Below are positions 50,045 to 60,150 of a stretch of DNA of 64,000 bases, piece after piece. Position 1 is the stretch's first letter, and each line of letters begins with the position of its first letter. This stretch comes from an uncultured Bacilli bacterium (GTDB lineage Bacteria; Bacillota_I; Bacilli_A; RF39; UBA660). The notes beneath the pieces were generated by a model, which saw only the letters and a program-made list of their open reading frames with translations, was not told the DNA's origin and did not search any database. A program made the position numbers and the translations under genes. The DNA is taken from positions 3,899 through 67,898 of the forward strand of contig CAKPCJ010000002.1 in assembly GCA_934141575.1 (NCBI GenBank). The letters run 5' to 3'.

Positions 50045-50233
50045 TTATTTTTTATACATAATTAATGCAGAAAAACAATATATTTGTTCTTCTGAAAACA
50101 TCGAAACAGCAACATTAAACTTAATATCTATAACTTCTCCCTCAAAATCTTCTAAGAATTCATTTATAGCAGATTCCAAATCTTTTTCGTGATCACAATC
50201 TATTACCTTAACTTTCATAAAAAAATCACCCAT
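50045..50233 (-). CDS. Cse60-family small protein
   Basis: 62 aa. KVIDCDHEKDLESAINEFLEDF...IDIKFNV...EQIYCFSALIMYKK closely parallels B. subtilis Cse60 (...EQIYCFSALIVY). Confidence 0.55.
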   Translation of the reverse strand: MGDFFMKVKVIDCDHEKDLESAINEFLEDFEGEVIDIKFNVAVSMFSEEQIYCFSALIMYKK

Positions 50234-50270
50234 ATAGATTATTACACTATATAGGTGACAATTTTGTCGA

Positions 50271-52082
50271 TTACTCTACTGTAACGCTCTTTGCCAAATT
50301 ACGTGGTTTATCAACATCCAAATTTTTAATTTTTGTAACATGATAAGCTAGTAATTGAAGTGGTAAAACAGAAATAATTGGCATAAACATATCTAAAGTA
50401 TTAGGAATAATATATGATATATCTGCACAATCCAAATCTTTATTCTCCCTAGAAAGAACAACTGTATACGCACCTCTAGATTTTACTTCCTTAACATTAC
50501 TTATCATTTTATCAAATAAATTATCATTAGTACAAACGCAAATTACTGGTGTACCGCTTTCTATCAACGCTATTGGTCCATGTTTTAACTCTCCAGCGGC
50601 AAATGCTTCAGCATGAATATATGATATTTCTTTCAATTTAAGAGCAGCTTCCATAGCAGTTATATAATCAAAAGATCTTCCCAAGAAAAATACATCTTTT
50701 GAATTACTTATTATTTTAGCAATATTTTTGATAGAATCACAATCTTTAAGAACTTTTCTCATATTACTACTTATATTTAAAATTTCTGATTTTATATTCT
50801 CTTGTGTTTCTAAATCAATAGTATTTAATTGTTCTGCAAAATAAAGTGCTAATACATAAAAAATAGCTAATTGAGAAGTATAAGCCTTAGTAGATGCAAC
50901 TGCTATTTCTGGACCAGCATATGTATAAATAACATCATCTGCTTCCCTAGTTATACTACTGCCTAAAACATTTGTAATAGCAAGTGTTCTAGCACCTAAA
51001 CTCTTACAAAGTTTTAAAGCGCTAAGTGTATCTGCTGTTTCACCAGATTGACTTACAAAAATGCATAGACTTGATTTAGTAACTAGTGGTTCTTGATATC
51101 TAAATTCACTGGCAAGATATGTACTAGCAGGAATATGAGCCAAATTTTCAATTAATCTAGCACCTACCATACCAGCATGAGCTGCAGTACCACAAGCTAC
51201 AATAAATATATTTTTTATCTTTGATGCATCAATATTAACATCGCCTAATGATATTTTTTCGCCTAATTTTACTTTAGAACCTATTGTTCTATCTATTGAA
51301 GAAGGTTGTTCAAAAATTTCCTTCAACATAAAATCATCGTAACCTTCCTTAGAAGCCGAATCTAAATCCCAGTTAACATGAGTAACTTCTTTTTTTATAA
51401 CATTTCCATCATAATCAGTTATAACTACATCATCTGGTGTAAGAATTGCCATTTCATTATCATTTAAAAAATAAACATCCCTAGTTCTACTAAGTAAAGC
51501 TGGTATATCTGAAACAATATACTTTTCATCATCTTTTACACCAATTACTAATGGGCTATCTTTTCTAATTGCCACAAGTTTATCAGGTTCATTACTGCAA
51601 ATCACACCTAATGCATAACTACCTTCTAAATCCTTAACTGCCTTTCTACAAGCTTCAACTATATCTCCATCATAGTAATAATCTATCAAGTGAACAATTA
51701 CTTCTGTATCAGTTTCAGACAAGAATTTATATCCGCCCTCTTCTAATGAATTTCTCAATTTAACATAGTTTTCAATTATACCATTGTGTACAATTGAAAT
51801 CGTATTTTTCATATTATTATGTGGATGAGAATTAACATCTGATGGCACACCATGAGTTGCCCATCTAGTATGCCCAATTCCAACACTGCCATCAATATCA
51901 TTATCTTTTAGCAATTCTTTTAAAACTGCTATTTTACCTTTTGTTTTACAAGTTTCTATTTTTCCATTTGATACAACTGAAATACCAGCTGAATCATACC
52001 CTCTATATTCTAACATTGTAAGACCATCAACTAAAAATTGTTTAGCTTTGTTCTTACCAACATAACCTACTATACCGCACAT
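50271..52082 (-). CDS. glmS: Glutamine--fructose-6-phosphate aminotransferase (isomerizing)
   Basis: N-terminal MCGIVGY (Cys nucleophile after iMet) plus full-length GATase-2 and tandem SIS domains. The ORF track starts 4 codons upstream (MEENM). The downstream ATG is preferred because GGAGG lies 5 nt upstream of it and the mature N-terminus must be Cys. Confidence 0.93.
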   Translation of the reverse strand: MCGIVGYVGKNKAKQFLVDGLTMLEYRGYDSAGISVVSNGKIETCKTKGKIAVLKELLKDNDIDGSVGIGHTRWATHGVPSDVNSHPHNNMKNTISIVHNGIIENYVKLRNSLEEGGYKFLSETDTEVIVHLIDYYYDGDIVEACRKAVKDLEGSYALGVICSNEPDKLVAIRKDSPLVIGVKDDEKYIVSDIPALLSRTRDVYFLNDNEMAILTPDDVVITDYDGNVIKKEVTHVNWDLDSASKEGYDDFMLKEIFEQPSSIDRTIGSKVKLGEKISLGDVNIDASKIKNIFIVACGTAAHAGMVGARLIENLAHIPASTYLASEFRYQEPLVTKSSLCIFVSQSGETADTLSALKLCKSLGARTLAITNVLGSSITREADDVIYTYAGPEIAVASTKAYTSQLAIFYVLALYFAEQLNTIDLETQENIKSEILNISSNMRKVLKDCDSIKNIAKIISNSKDVFFLGRSFDYITAMEAALKLKEISYIHAEAFAAGELKHGPIALIESGTPVICVCTNDNLFDKMISNVKEVKSRGAYTVVLSRENKDLDCADISYIIPNTLDMFMPIISVLPLQLLAYHVTKIKNLDVDKPRNLAKSVTVE

Positions 52083-52099
52083 ATTTTCCTCCATATTTA

Positions 52100-52235
52100 C
52101 GCATCATTCTATAATTTGTCCTAAAAATTACTTTTTAGATTTGCATAGAACTTACAAGGACATGCAAGCCTTAGGAACATCCGCCGAAAATTCGATAATT
52201 CCTTCCTCGTCAACTCAAAGAGTTCGGGCGCTATA
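52100..52235 (-). promoter_or_regulatory. glmS ribozyme (GlcN6P-responsive self-cleaving riboswitch) in the glmS 5' UTR
   Basis: Minus strand reads AGCGCCCGAACU...GUUGACGAGGAAGGAAUUAUCGAAUUUUCGGCGGAUGUUCCUAAGGCUUGCAUGUCC... This matches the B. subtilis glmS ribozyme core (AGCGCCCGAACU, GACGAGGA, UUAUCGAAUUUUCGGCGGAUG) almost base for base. Confidence 0.85.
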
Positions 52236-52371
52236 ACTATTACCAAAACTATTTCTTATGCACTCACCTCCTATGATATACACCATATTATATACATATG
52301 TTTATATCATGTTTACATTATATCAAAAAAATATAATAAAAAAAACGGTTTTTTTAACCGTTTACAAATAT

Positions 52372-53256
52372 TTATTTTTTTTCTATCATCTCAGAAATAA
52401 CTGTACTAGTTGTTGCCAAATTTTGAATATCAGAAGGTATTATTATTTTAGTTGCATTACCATTAGCAACCTTTTCTAAAGCCTCATAACTTTTCAACTT
52501 AAGAACGGCATCATTAACACCAGCATTCTTTAATAACTCTAATCCCTTAGCAGTTGCTTCTTGAATCTTCAATATAGCTTCAGCCTCGCCTTCTGCTTCT
52601 TTAATTTGTGCTTGTTTCTTAGCTTCTGCTACTAGTATAGCGCTTTCCTTTTCCCCTTCTGCCATAAGAATAGCTGCTGTTTTTTCACCCTCTGCTTGTA
52701 ATATTTTTTCACGTCTTTCACGTTCAGCACGCATTTGTTTTTCCATAGCATCTTGTATATCCTTAGGTGGAATAATATTTTTAACTTCTACACGATTTAT
52801 TTTTATTCCCCATGGATCTGTCGCAGAATCCAAAATTTCACACATTTTTGTATTTATAAGGTCCCTTGAAGTTAATGTTTCATCAAGCTCCAATTCACCT
52901 ATAATATTACGTAAAGTAGTTGCTGTTAAATTCTCAATAGCGTTTATTGGATATTCAACTCCATATGTATATAGCTTAGGATCCGTTATCTGAAAATAAA
53001 CAACTGTATCTATTTGCATAGTAACATTATCTTTAGTAATAACTGACTGCGGTGCAAAATCCTGAACCTTTTCTTTTAATGACACTTTATTTGCTACTCT
53101 ATCTATAAATGGTATCTTTATATGTAATCCATTCTGCCATGTTTGATGGTAGCTTCCTAACCTCTCAACAACATTACTCTGTGCTTGTGGTACTATTCTA
53201 ACATTTGCTATTATCAAAACTATTAAAATTATTCCCAAAATTATAAATATTTCCAT
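52372..53256 (-). CDS. SPFH/band-7 (stomatin/prohibitin-like) membrane protein
   Basis: 294 aa. N-terminal TM helix, SPFH domain and a C-terminal Ala/Glu-rich coiled coil (EAEGEAEAILKIQEA). Paired with an upstream NfeD gene. Confidence 0.85.
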   Translation of the reverse strand: MEIFIILGIILIVLIIANVRIVPQAQSNVVERLGSYHQTWQNGLHIKIPFIDRVANKVSLKEKVQDFAPQSVITKDNVTMQIDTVVYFQITDPKLYTYGVEYPINAIENLTATTLRNIIGELELDETLTSRDLINTKMCEILDSATDPWGIKINRVEVKNIIPPKDIQDAMEKQMRAERERREKILQAEGEKTAAILMAEGEKESAILVAEAKKQAQIKEAEGEAEAILKIQEATAKGLELLKNAGVNDAVLKLKSYEALEKVANGNATKIIIPSDIQNLATTSTVISEMIEKK

Positions 53257-53258
53257 AC

Positions 53259-53684
53259 TTACTCATCCCTTCTTTTAACTACTAACTTTACACCTTCAAT
53301 TGCTAATATTTCAACCTTTTCACCAACACTTATAGGTGAATCAGAAATAGCAGTCCAAATCTTACCTGCAATTTTAACTTTTCCTCTTTTATCTTCTGAT
53401 ATATCCGAAGTAACAATGCCAATTTGTCCTACCACACTATCAAGATTTGTTTTAACACTTTTTACCTTCAGAATATCTTTAATAAAACTTCTTGTAAATA
53501 TTAATGTAAGTAATGTAGTAATAATAAATATAACTGTTTGTATCATAACACTACTTACAAATATAGATGATACAAGCGCCACTAATGCTCCAAGAGCAAT
53601 CCATATTGTCACTAAATTAAGTGTAAGTGCTTCAACTGCTAAACTTATTATTAAAATTATCGTCCATATAATTTGTGATTCCAT
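53259..53684 (-). CDS. NfeD-family membrane protein (partner of SPFH protein)
   Basis: 141 aa. Two N-terminal TM helices and a C-terminal OB-fold-like segment (VGQIGIVTSDISEDKRGKVKIAGKIWTA). A 2-nt gap precedes the SPFH gene. Confidence 0.7.
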   Translation of the reverse strand: MESQIIWTIILIISLAVEALTLNLVTIWIALGALVALVSSIFVSSVMIQTVIFIITTLLTLIFTRSFIKDILKVKSVKTNLDSVVGQIGIVTSDISEDKRGKVKIAGKIWTAISDSPISVGEKVEILAIEGVKLVVKRRDE

Positions 53685-53736
53685 AGATAACCTCCCAAAT
53701 TAATTATACTATATTTGAAGCATTAATTAAACACAA

Positions 53737-54243
53737 TTAATATTCTTTTATGGAAATAAGCGTTTTCTTAAGTTTAGATTCAAATTTCTTAATTTTACTT
53801 TCATCAGAGCACTCAATATTAATAATAAACAAAGAATCATCCTCAAATTCATATGCTAAGCCAAGCATATACGTAACAGTTTCATTATCATAATATTTTA
53901 ACTTTTTTAAAACAGTATACAGCTTTCTGCCATTTAATTTTTCTTCTTTAGAAGATATAACTTCGCTTATGCAATCATAAAAAACGTAATCTCTTAATTT
54001 ACCTTTAACAATTTCATAAGGATAACTATAAACAGCTAAAGATGAATCAATAATATCATCATGAGTTAATTTAGCGTAATTATCATTATCCACATATTCT
54101 ATTTCCTTAGGTAACATAAATGTATATTTATCAAATTTTCTCCTTGTATATGACAAATTAACAAATGAATTAAAAGCCAATATAGATGATATAATAATAA
54201 TAACTATTATTGGTATAATAACTTTTTTCATTAAAACCTCCAC
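53737..54243 (-). CDS. N-terminally anchored hypothetical protein
   Basis: 168 aa with a signal-anchor helix and no motifs; third gene of a three-gene string. Confidence 0.35.
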   Translation of the reverse strand: MEVLMKKVIIPIIVIIIISSILAFNSFVNLSYTRRKFDKYTFMLPKEIEYVDNDNYAKLTHDDIIDSSLAVYSYPYEIVKGKLRDYVFYDCISEVISSKEEKLNGRKLYTVLKKLKYYDNETVTYMLGLAYEFEDDSLFIINIECSDESKIKKFESKLKKTLISIKEY

Positions 54244-54737
54244 TATTTAATTTTAACACTAGAATCAACGTCTCTTATTATGGAACTATCATAAGATTTT
54301 TCATAGCTAATATAAGATATAATCACTATCTTTTTCTTATCATACCTTATCAAAATTTCTACTATTTTGTCATCAAAAACATTTTTTGAATATGATGTAC
54401 TATCATCAATATCAAACTCTATTTCCTTGTAACCTTTTAATTTACTCAACACCTGATAATCAATACTTCTAGAAAGAGTTTCCAATGAATATTCATCATT
54501 TGATGGTATTTTTTCAAGCAAAATAACATCAACAGTACTAGTACCATAATTAAACCTAAACTTAGAATCAAATTCACCATATTTTTTATTCTTCAAAATT
54601 AACTTTTTAGGTACATTCATTGATATATAACTATTTTCTATTTTACTTACATACCTATTATTATAAATATTAAAAAGCAAAATAGTAAAATTAACAACAA
54701 GTAATAATGATATAACAATTAGTTTTATTTTTTTCAT
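54243..54737 (-). CDS. N-terminally anchored hypothetical protein
   Basis: 164 aa with a signal-anchor helix. Its start overlaps the upstream gene's stop. Confidence 0.35.
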   Translation of the reverse strand: MKKIKLIVISLLLVVNFTILLFNIYNNRYVSKIENSYISMNVPKKLILKNKKYGEFDSKFRFNYGTSTVDVILLEKIPSNDEYSLETLSRSIDYQVLSKLKGYKEIEFDIDDSTSYSKNVFDDKIVEILIRYDKKKIVIISYISYEKSYDSSIIRDVDSSVKIK

Positions 54738-54740
54738 AAG

Positions 54741-56054
54741 TTATCTAATCTCCATTCTATTAGGTTTAACTAAATAAGAACTTAGTTTATCTTTATCCTT
54801 TAACTTTTCAAGATTAGAAAATGGATTAGAAAGTGAAAGTGTACTAGTAGATATTAATATACTAGAATTTTGCATTATCTTCGTATTAACACCAATAACA
54901 TTACCACTACTACCTATAAGTGGCCCCCCTCTACTTTCACGTCCCAAAGGAAGAGCAATTTTAAATGAATATGACTTGCCAACTAATGTTTCTATATAGC
55001 TACCAATGTATATACCATCGTACGAAAGAGCAACTACATCATCAAAATCTCCAAAATATGGCAAAGATTGAATTTGAAGAGGAGTTCCAGTCTTTTGCAC
55101 CGTTTTAATTAGTGCAATATTATCATCACGAGAAAAAGATAATAATCCCTCATATGTATATAATTTATCATCATTAGAGAAAATTTTGTACTTACACCTT
55201 TGAAATATCCCAGAATCAAAAATATCAAAAGTTGTAACTATCACATTTGTATCTATAAAAAAGCCAGTAACTGTGTCAATAAGAGAATCTTCTTTATATA
55301 CTTCTATTTTAACAATACTTTTTATACTATTATTGTATATTTCATTAGCAAAAAAGTTAGAAATTTTTGGATTTTTATCAAAAAAAGAAACATTAAACCT
55401 TTTAATAAAATTATTATCATTATAATCGTTCAATTCACTCTCAGTATAATACACTATATTTTGTATTTTCAACATACCACTTGATAACTCATTTACAACT
55501 TTATACTCGATATACGCAATTTGATTACTCTCTTTAACCTTTAATATCAAATAATAATTTTTAAAATAATAATAAACCTTTACATCTTGAATTTGTTCCA
55601 AACTAATATTTTGAGAATTTAACGCAAACTTTAAACTCAATATATTATTTGTGGTACTGTTATACTTAAAATTAAGACCTGGGTCTTGATAATCAGAAAC
55701 CGAAAATACATTGAAGTTTTTTCTAACAATGTACTTATTTTTAAATCTGTCATTTGTTACTTTTTTATCATAAAAAGCCTCAGTAACTTCTCTAGAAAAG
55801 TCAATTAATATTTTTTCGTAATCACTACTTCTTGAATATTCACTTTTCTCGTTGCCAAGTGTATAATTCTTATTAACATACTTTTCTAACATACTATAAT
55901 CATAATCCGTCATATATGATCCAATATCTATTTCATTATTTAAATACATATTTTTTCTAAAAAAAATAAACAGATTAATAAAAAATAAAACTGCAACAAT
56001 TATAATACCAATAATAATAAACCTATCTAAAGACTTTTTGTTCACCATATACAC
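54741..56054 (-). CDS. Membrane-anchored protein with C-terminal trypsin-like (S1) domain, apparently degenerate
   Basis: 437 aa with an N-terminal TM helix. C-terminal DDNIALIKT (Asp region) and GRESRGGPLIGSSGNVIGVNT (GDSGGP-like). The usual TNxHV His region reads TNVIVT, with no His. Confidence 0.45.
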   Translation of the reverse strand: MYMVNKKSLDRFIIIGIIIVAVLFFINLFIFFRKNMYLNNEIDIGSYMTDYDYSMLEKYVNKNYTLGNEKSEYSRSSDYEKILIDFSREVTEAFYDKKVTNDRFKNKYIVRKNFNVFSVSDYQDPGLNFKYNSTTNNILSLKFALNSQNISLEQIQDVKVYYYFKNYYLILKVKESNQIAYIEYKVVNELSSGMLKIQNIVYYTESELNDYNDNNFIKRFNVSFFDKNPKISNFFANEIYNNSIKSIVKIEVYKEDSLIDTVTGFFIDTNVIVTTFDIFDSGIFQRCKYKIFSNDDKLYTYEGLLSFSRDDNIALIKTVQKTGTPLQIQSLPYFGDFDDVVALSYDGIYIGSYIETLVGKSYSFKIALPLGRESRGGPLIGSSGNVIGVNTKIMQNSSILISTSTLSLSNPFSNLEKLKDKDKLSSYLVKPNRMEIR

Positions 56055-56125
56055 CTCATATTTTATATTATAACATACTATTTACAATTATTTATGATAT
56101 AATTGTTTAGTAATTCGGAGGAAGT

Positions 56126-56842
56126 ATGAAAAATAAAAAACCAATTATAGGTATCGTGGGGTACATTGAAAAAATAAATGAAAAAACATATATAACAGTA
56201 GATGAATTTTTTAGAGAAAGCATTATAATCAGTGGTGGCATTCCAATTCTTATTTTACCAACACAGCACTTGTATTATGACACTAGTATTGCGCCTAGCA
56301 AAATAGCCAGGTTAACAGAAGAAGAAAAAAAAGACATAGAAACAATTGTAGATTTATGTGATGGAATACTCTTCCCAGGAGGAAATTATTGGTACCAATT
56401 CAGTGAATATATTTTTGATTTAGCTAATGAAAAAAACAAAAGTATATTGGGAATATGTATTGGAATGCAATTAATGGTAGGAGCTATAAATAGAAAGTAT
56501 GGAGACGGAACATACAAAAATATAAAAAACGAAACCAAAATAGATCACTTAAACATACCAAGCGATCAATACGTTCACTCTGTTATATTTAAGGACAATA
56601 CTAAAATTGAAAAAATATTTGATTGTAAAGAAATAAAAGTCAATAGTAGACATGGATATCACATAGGAAATGTAAACGAATATACAATAAGCGGATATTC
56701 CGAAGATGGAATCCCTGAATCAATAGAATTACCTAACAAAGAATTTGTAATAGGTGTTCAGTGGCATCCAGAAAGATTAATACACAAAGATGAAAACAGT
56801 AAGAAAATTTTTAAAGAATTTGTAGATTCATGCAAGAATTAA
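56126..56842 (+). CDS. Class I glutamine amidotransferase-like peptidase C26 (gamma-glutamyl hydrolase family)
   Basis: 238 aa. Nucleophile elbow GICIGMQLM and a His region VQWHPE. Confidence 0.8.
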   Translation: MKNKKPIIGIVGYIEKINEKTYITVDEFFRESIIISGGIPILILPTQHLYYDTSIAPSKIARLTEEEKKDIETIVDLCDGILFPGGNYWYQFSEYIFDLANEKNKSILGICIGMQLMVGAINRKYGDGTYKNIKNETKIDHLNIPSDQYVHSVIFKDNTKIEKIFDCKEIKVNSRHGYHIGNVNEYTISGYSEDGIPESIELPNKEFVIGVQWHPERLIHKDENSKKIFKEFVDSCKN

Positions 56843-56942
56843 CAAAAAAAAGAAACCAATCATGGTTTCAAAATATCATGGTTAGATTCCATTTACACAG
56901 AATTTCTTACACCCTCAAGAAAATTGCAAAAGTAATTTTCTT

Positions 56943-57554
56943 TTATTTATGCCTCTTCTTCAAAATTAAAACTATTAATCCAAAAATGATTAAAAACACA
57001 GGAATAACTATAAAATAGTATTTTTTATTATTTGTTTCAACAACAACGTCATTAATAACCTTATTGTCATACTCTTCAACCATTTTTTTAAATTGATCGT
57101 AAGAAATATTACCAACATTATAAGTAATATCACATAAATCAATTTTTTTATTGGAACATACTTCAGAGTTATAATATTTATTATAATAAGGAATTGTAAT
57201 AAAGCGAACATAATTAAATTTGCTAGCACATGGATTATTACTAAAAACTGCAACTTCTATTCTATATTTTTTATTTGGGGATAATCCATCAATAAGTTGA
57301 TTACCAGTATACGTTTTATTATTTAAATAAATTACAAAATCATCTGTAACATTAGAAATAAAAATACCATATTCATCTTCTGATTTTTCACCTATATATT
57401 TAGTTTCAAAAGATATAAGAGAAGCAAACTTTTTCAACCTACTTAACTCCCTATTATCGCATTCAAGTGCATTAACCTTAGTAATTAAAATTATAGAGCA
57501 AAACACAACAGCAATCACTTTTTTCATATTAATAAATCGTCTCCAATATAGCAT
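56943..57554 (-). CDS. Secreted, C-terminally anchored hypothetical protein
   Basis: 203 aa. Signal peptide ending KVNA, a Cys-containing ectodomain and a C-terminal TM helix plus KKRHK stop-transfer. Confidence 0.35.
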   Translation of the reverse strand: MLYWRRFINMKKVIAVVFCSIILITKVNALECDNRELSRLKKFASLISFETKYIGEKSEDEYGIFISNVTDDFVIYLNNKTYTGNQLIDGLSPNKKYRIEVAVFSNNPCASKFNYVRFITIPYYNKYYNSEVCSNKKIDLCDITYNVGNISYDQFKKMVEEYDNKVINDVVVETNNKKYYFIVIPVFLIIFGLIVLILKKRHK

Positions 57555-57936
57555 CTATTTTATTAAATATTGCAAAATCATTTTCACTTGAATCATTTGT
57601 AAAACCATAAGTACCTGATGAAGTAGTAACTGACAAACTTACCTTTGGTGGCATTTCAATAACATCAATTATATCTATTTGAACATCTCCACTAGAAGAC
57701 GAAGTACTCCACCTTCTAATAAAACTATCAACAAATTTTTCACGTACAATCCTAAATTCACCATGATATCTATAATAATCAACATCAACAGCATCCAACA
57801 TAGATGCTTCTGTAACTTCTTTAAGTAAATAGTAGTCATTTTGATCATTAGTAGTTATATTAATAAACAAAAATATAAAACCTATCCCAATTATTCCAGC
57901 AACTACAAAACTAACAGCCCACATACTTTCTTTCAA
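57529..57936 (-). CDS. N-terminally anchored small hypothetical protein
   Basis: 135 aa with N-terminal TM helix MWAVSFVVAGIIGIGFIFLF and a Ser-rich segment. Confidence 0.35.
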   Translation of the reverse strand: MKESMWAVSFVVAGIIGIGFIFLFINITTNDQNDYYLLKEVTEASMLDAVDVDYYRYHGEFRIVREKFVDSFIRRWSTSSSSGDVQIDIIDVIEMPPKVSLSVTTSSGTYGFTNDSSENDFAIFNKIDAILETIY

Positions 57937-60149
57937 TCAAGCACCTTCTTTCTTGTTCTAGTATAAGAATTAAACCCATTTAACAATAATTCTTTATTTC
58001 TATTAATAATAACATCTTTATTGGCAGTAATCTTAGCTCCTAAATCTGTTAAAGTGCTTAGCCCAGCATAATTCAAACCACCTATACTCCACAAATAATC
58101 GTGATCAGTACCCCAACTATATACACCATTTACAGACGGAGCATAATCAAATTTTAAACTCCAACCTGTATAATTTGCTATAGAAGTATTCTTTTTAATT
58201 TTATTCATTGCTTCTCTAGTAAGTTCAATATGATACATAACTTTATTACTAGAGTTATTTATGTAATTTTTAATAATAGTTGAATCAAATTTCCAATTAC
58301 TTCTAGGTTGTCTTCCAGGAAATGGACTATCAGTATTTACTATTCTAAAATCCAAAAGTTCACTCCAATGATACGGAGGTGGTGTTGGTGGATCAGGATT
58401 ATCAGGATCACTACTAGAATCTCTAACATATAAATTACACATACGTTTTCCAAATTTATCACTTTCTGGATTTTCACTATAAATAATATAATTATAATCA
58501 CCCGTAGTTGTACTAATAGGAACCAACTTACCAATTATATTTTCAAATCTTCCAGAAAAATTAATATAATTATCTACTAATTCATACCTTCCAGTTTCAG
58601 CAACAGTATAGCTACTATAAGAAGATAAGAAATATGTACTCCATGTTTGAACCCACGAAACAGAGCAATTATAAACTATATTATTCATTGTACCATGAGG
58701 AGCATCAGGAGGACATGTAACTGTTGCACTTGAGACGCATCCACATTCTCCATCACCACCACTTGTTGAAACAGAACATACAGCGTTAGCATTTTTATGC
58801 TGAGCTTTATATGCTGTAACATATGAAGCCGCTAGACTACTAGAATTATCTGTAAATGTACCCAAAGAACAATATGATCCACCACCGACAGTAAAATTAT
58901 CTGTACCAGACATACTCTGTGTAGAAACCATATAAGCATTTAATGCAACAGAACCATCTTCCAAAGTTATTGTTTGATATGTTTTATTATTTGAATCAAT
59001 ATATAAGCTTGTATCACCTAATTCAGTTATTAATTTTTCTGAAATACTTGGTTTTTCAACCTCACTATACCCTCCTATAAGATCAGGATTACGTATAATT
59101 CCAGGTTGTAGTTTTGGTGCACTAATTCCAGAATAATTGTACTCATCACTTTCATGAACATACTTCATTACAGCCTTTGTAGAATCATTAATATCTTCAG
59201 TAAGAATAACACGATCTGGATGAACATTCCACTTTACATCAATGCTTGGAGAATATGATGATGAACCAGAACCAGGCAGCGAGCTTTCACTACAGGCCAT
59301 CCAATAAGCATCTCCAGTAAGAAACTGAATAAATTTACAACTATATGATGAAATATAAGAACAAAACATTTTCGCCTTATATGTAAAACTAGTTTTGTAA
59401 GGCCCACCAGGATATGTAGTTTTTTTCTCTATAGGACCATATTCCTGAATATAAGAACATCCCGTTGACATATTACCTATTGAATCTTTTGAATAGTAGC
59501 CACCAATTTGATTAGAAGCTGCACACAAAGGAGTGTTTTCTGTAAAATAAACATTATTTATATCATATTTATAATCTTCTATATTTGAATCATAATTATT
59601 TTTCTTATTTTCTTCTAACTCAAGTTTAGTACAAAGTGCATCCCTTCTTGCCTGTTTTGAAACATCAGGCATAGTATATTTTTCCTTATCTTTACATAGT
59701 TCAGAAAATGAAATAACATTACTCTCACTACAAGATTTTATATAATCCTGTGAATAATCGTTAAAAAAGTTAAAGTCCTTTGTAGTACACGTTTCATAAG
59801 TAACATCAAAAGAATTAGAACCATTATCATAAATTATAGCATAACCATTATCTGACAGCCTTTTACATATGTCATCTGCCCTACCCTTAGATGCAGAATT
59901 AGTAATAGAAGATGTATTTTTGCATAAATTACTTAAGCTATTATCAGCCTCAGCACTACAATCATATATTAGTTTAGTAGAATCATAATTATCAAAAAAA
60001 GTATAACCATCTTTTAAACACATACTAGCAGTTAATGAAACACCAGTTATTTTTCCAAATTTAACTGCATAAGTTTTACTTATACAAAAAAAATTAAGTA
60101 GCATAATAAATAACATAAAACAAAAATATTTTTTCAATAAAATCACCAA
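57933..60149 (-). CDS. Large secreted Cys-rich hypothetical protein
   Basis: 738 aa with a signal peptide, more than 30 Cys, and a Pro-rich linker SSDPDNPDPPTPPPY. No recognisable catalytic motif. It is 1 nt downstream of the IspH-IDS fusion gene. Confidence 0.4.
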   Translation of the reverse strand: MVILLKKYFCFMLFIMLLNFFCISKTYAVKFGKITGVSLTASMCLKDGYTFFDNYDSTKLIYDCSAEADNSLSNLCKNTSSITNSASKGRADDICKRLSDNGYAIIYDNGSNSFDVTYETCTTKDFNFFNDYSQDYIKSCSESNVISFSELCKDKEKYTMPDVSKQARRDALCTKLELEENKKNNYDSNIEDYKYDINNVYFTENTPLCAASNQIGGYYSKDSIGNMSTGCSYIQEYGPIEKKTTYPGGPYKTSFTYKAKMFCSYISSYSCKFIQFLTGDAYWMACSESSLPGSGSSSYSPSIDVKWNVHPDRVILTEDINDSTKAVMKYVHESDEYNYSGISAPKLQPGIIRNPDLIGGYSEVEKPSISEKLITELGDTSLYIDSNNKTYQTITLEDGSVALNAYMVSTQSMSGTDNFTVGGGSYCSLGTFTDNSSSLAASYVTAYKAQHKNANAVCSVSTSGGDGECGCVSSATVTCPPDAPHGTMNNIVYNCSVSWVQTWSTYFLSSYSSYTVAETGRYELVDNYINFSGRFENIIGKLVPISTTTGDYNYIIYSENPESDKFGKRMCNLYVRDSSSDPDNPDPPTPPPYHWSELLDFRIVNTDSPFPGRQPRSNWKFDSTIIKNYINNSSNKVMYHIELTREAMNKIKKNTSIANYTGWSLKFDYAPSVNGVYSWGTDHDYLWSIGGLNYAGLSTLTDLGAKITANKDVIINRNKELLLNGFNSYTRTRKKVLD

Positions 60150-60150
60150 C

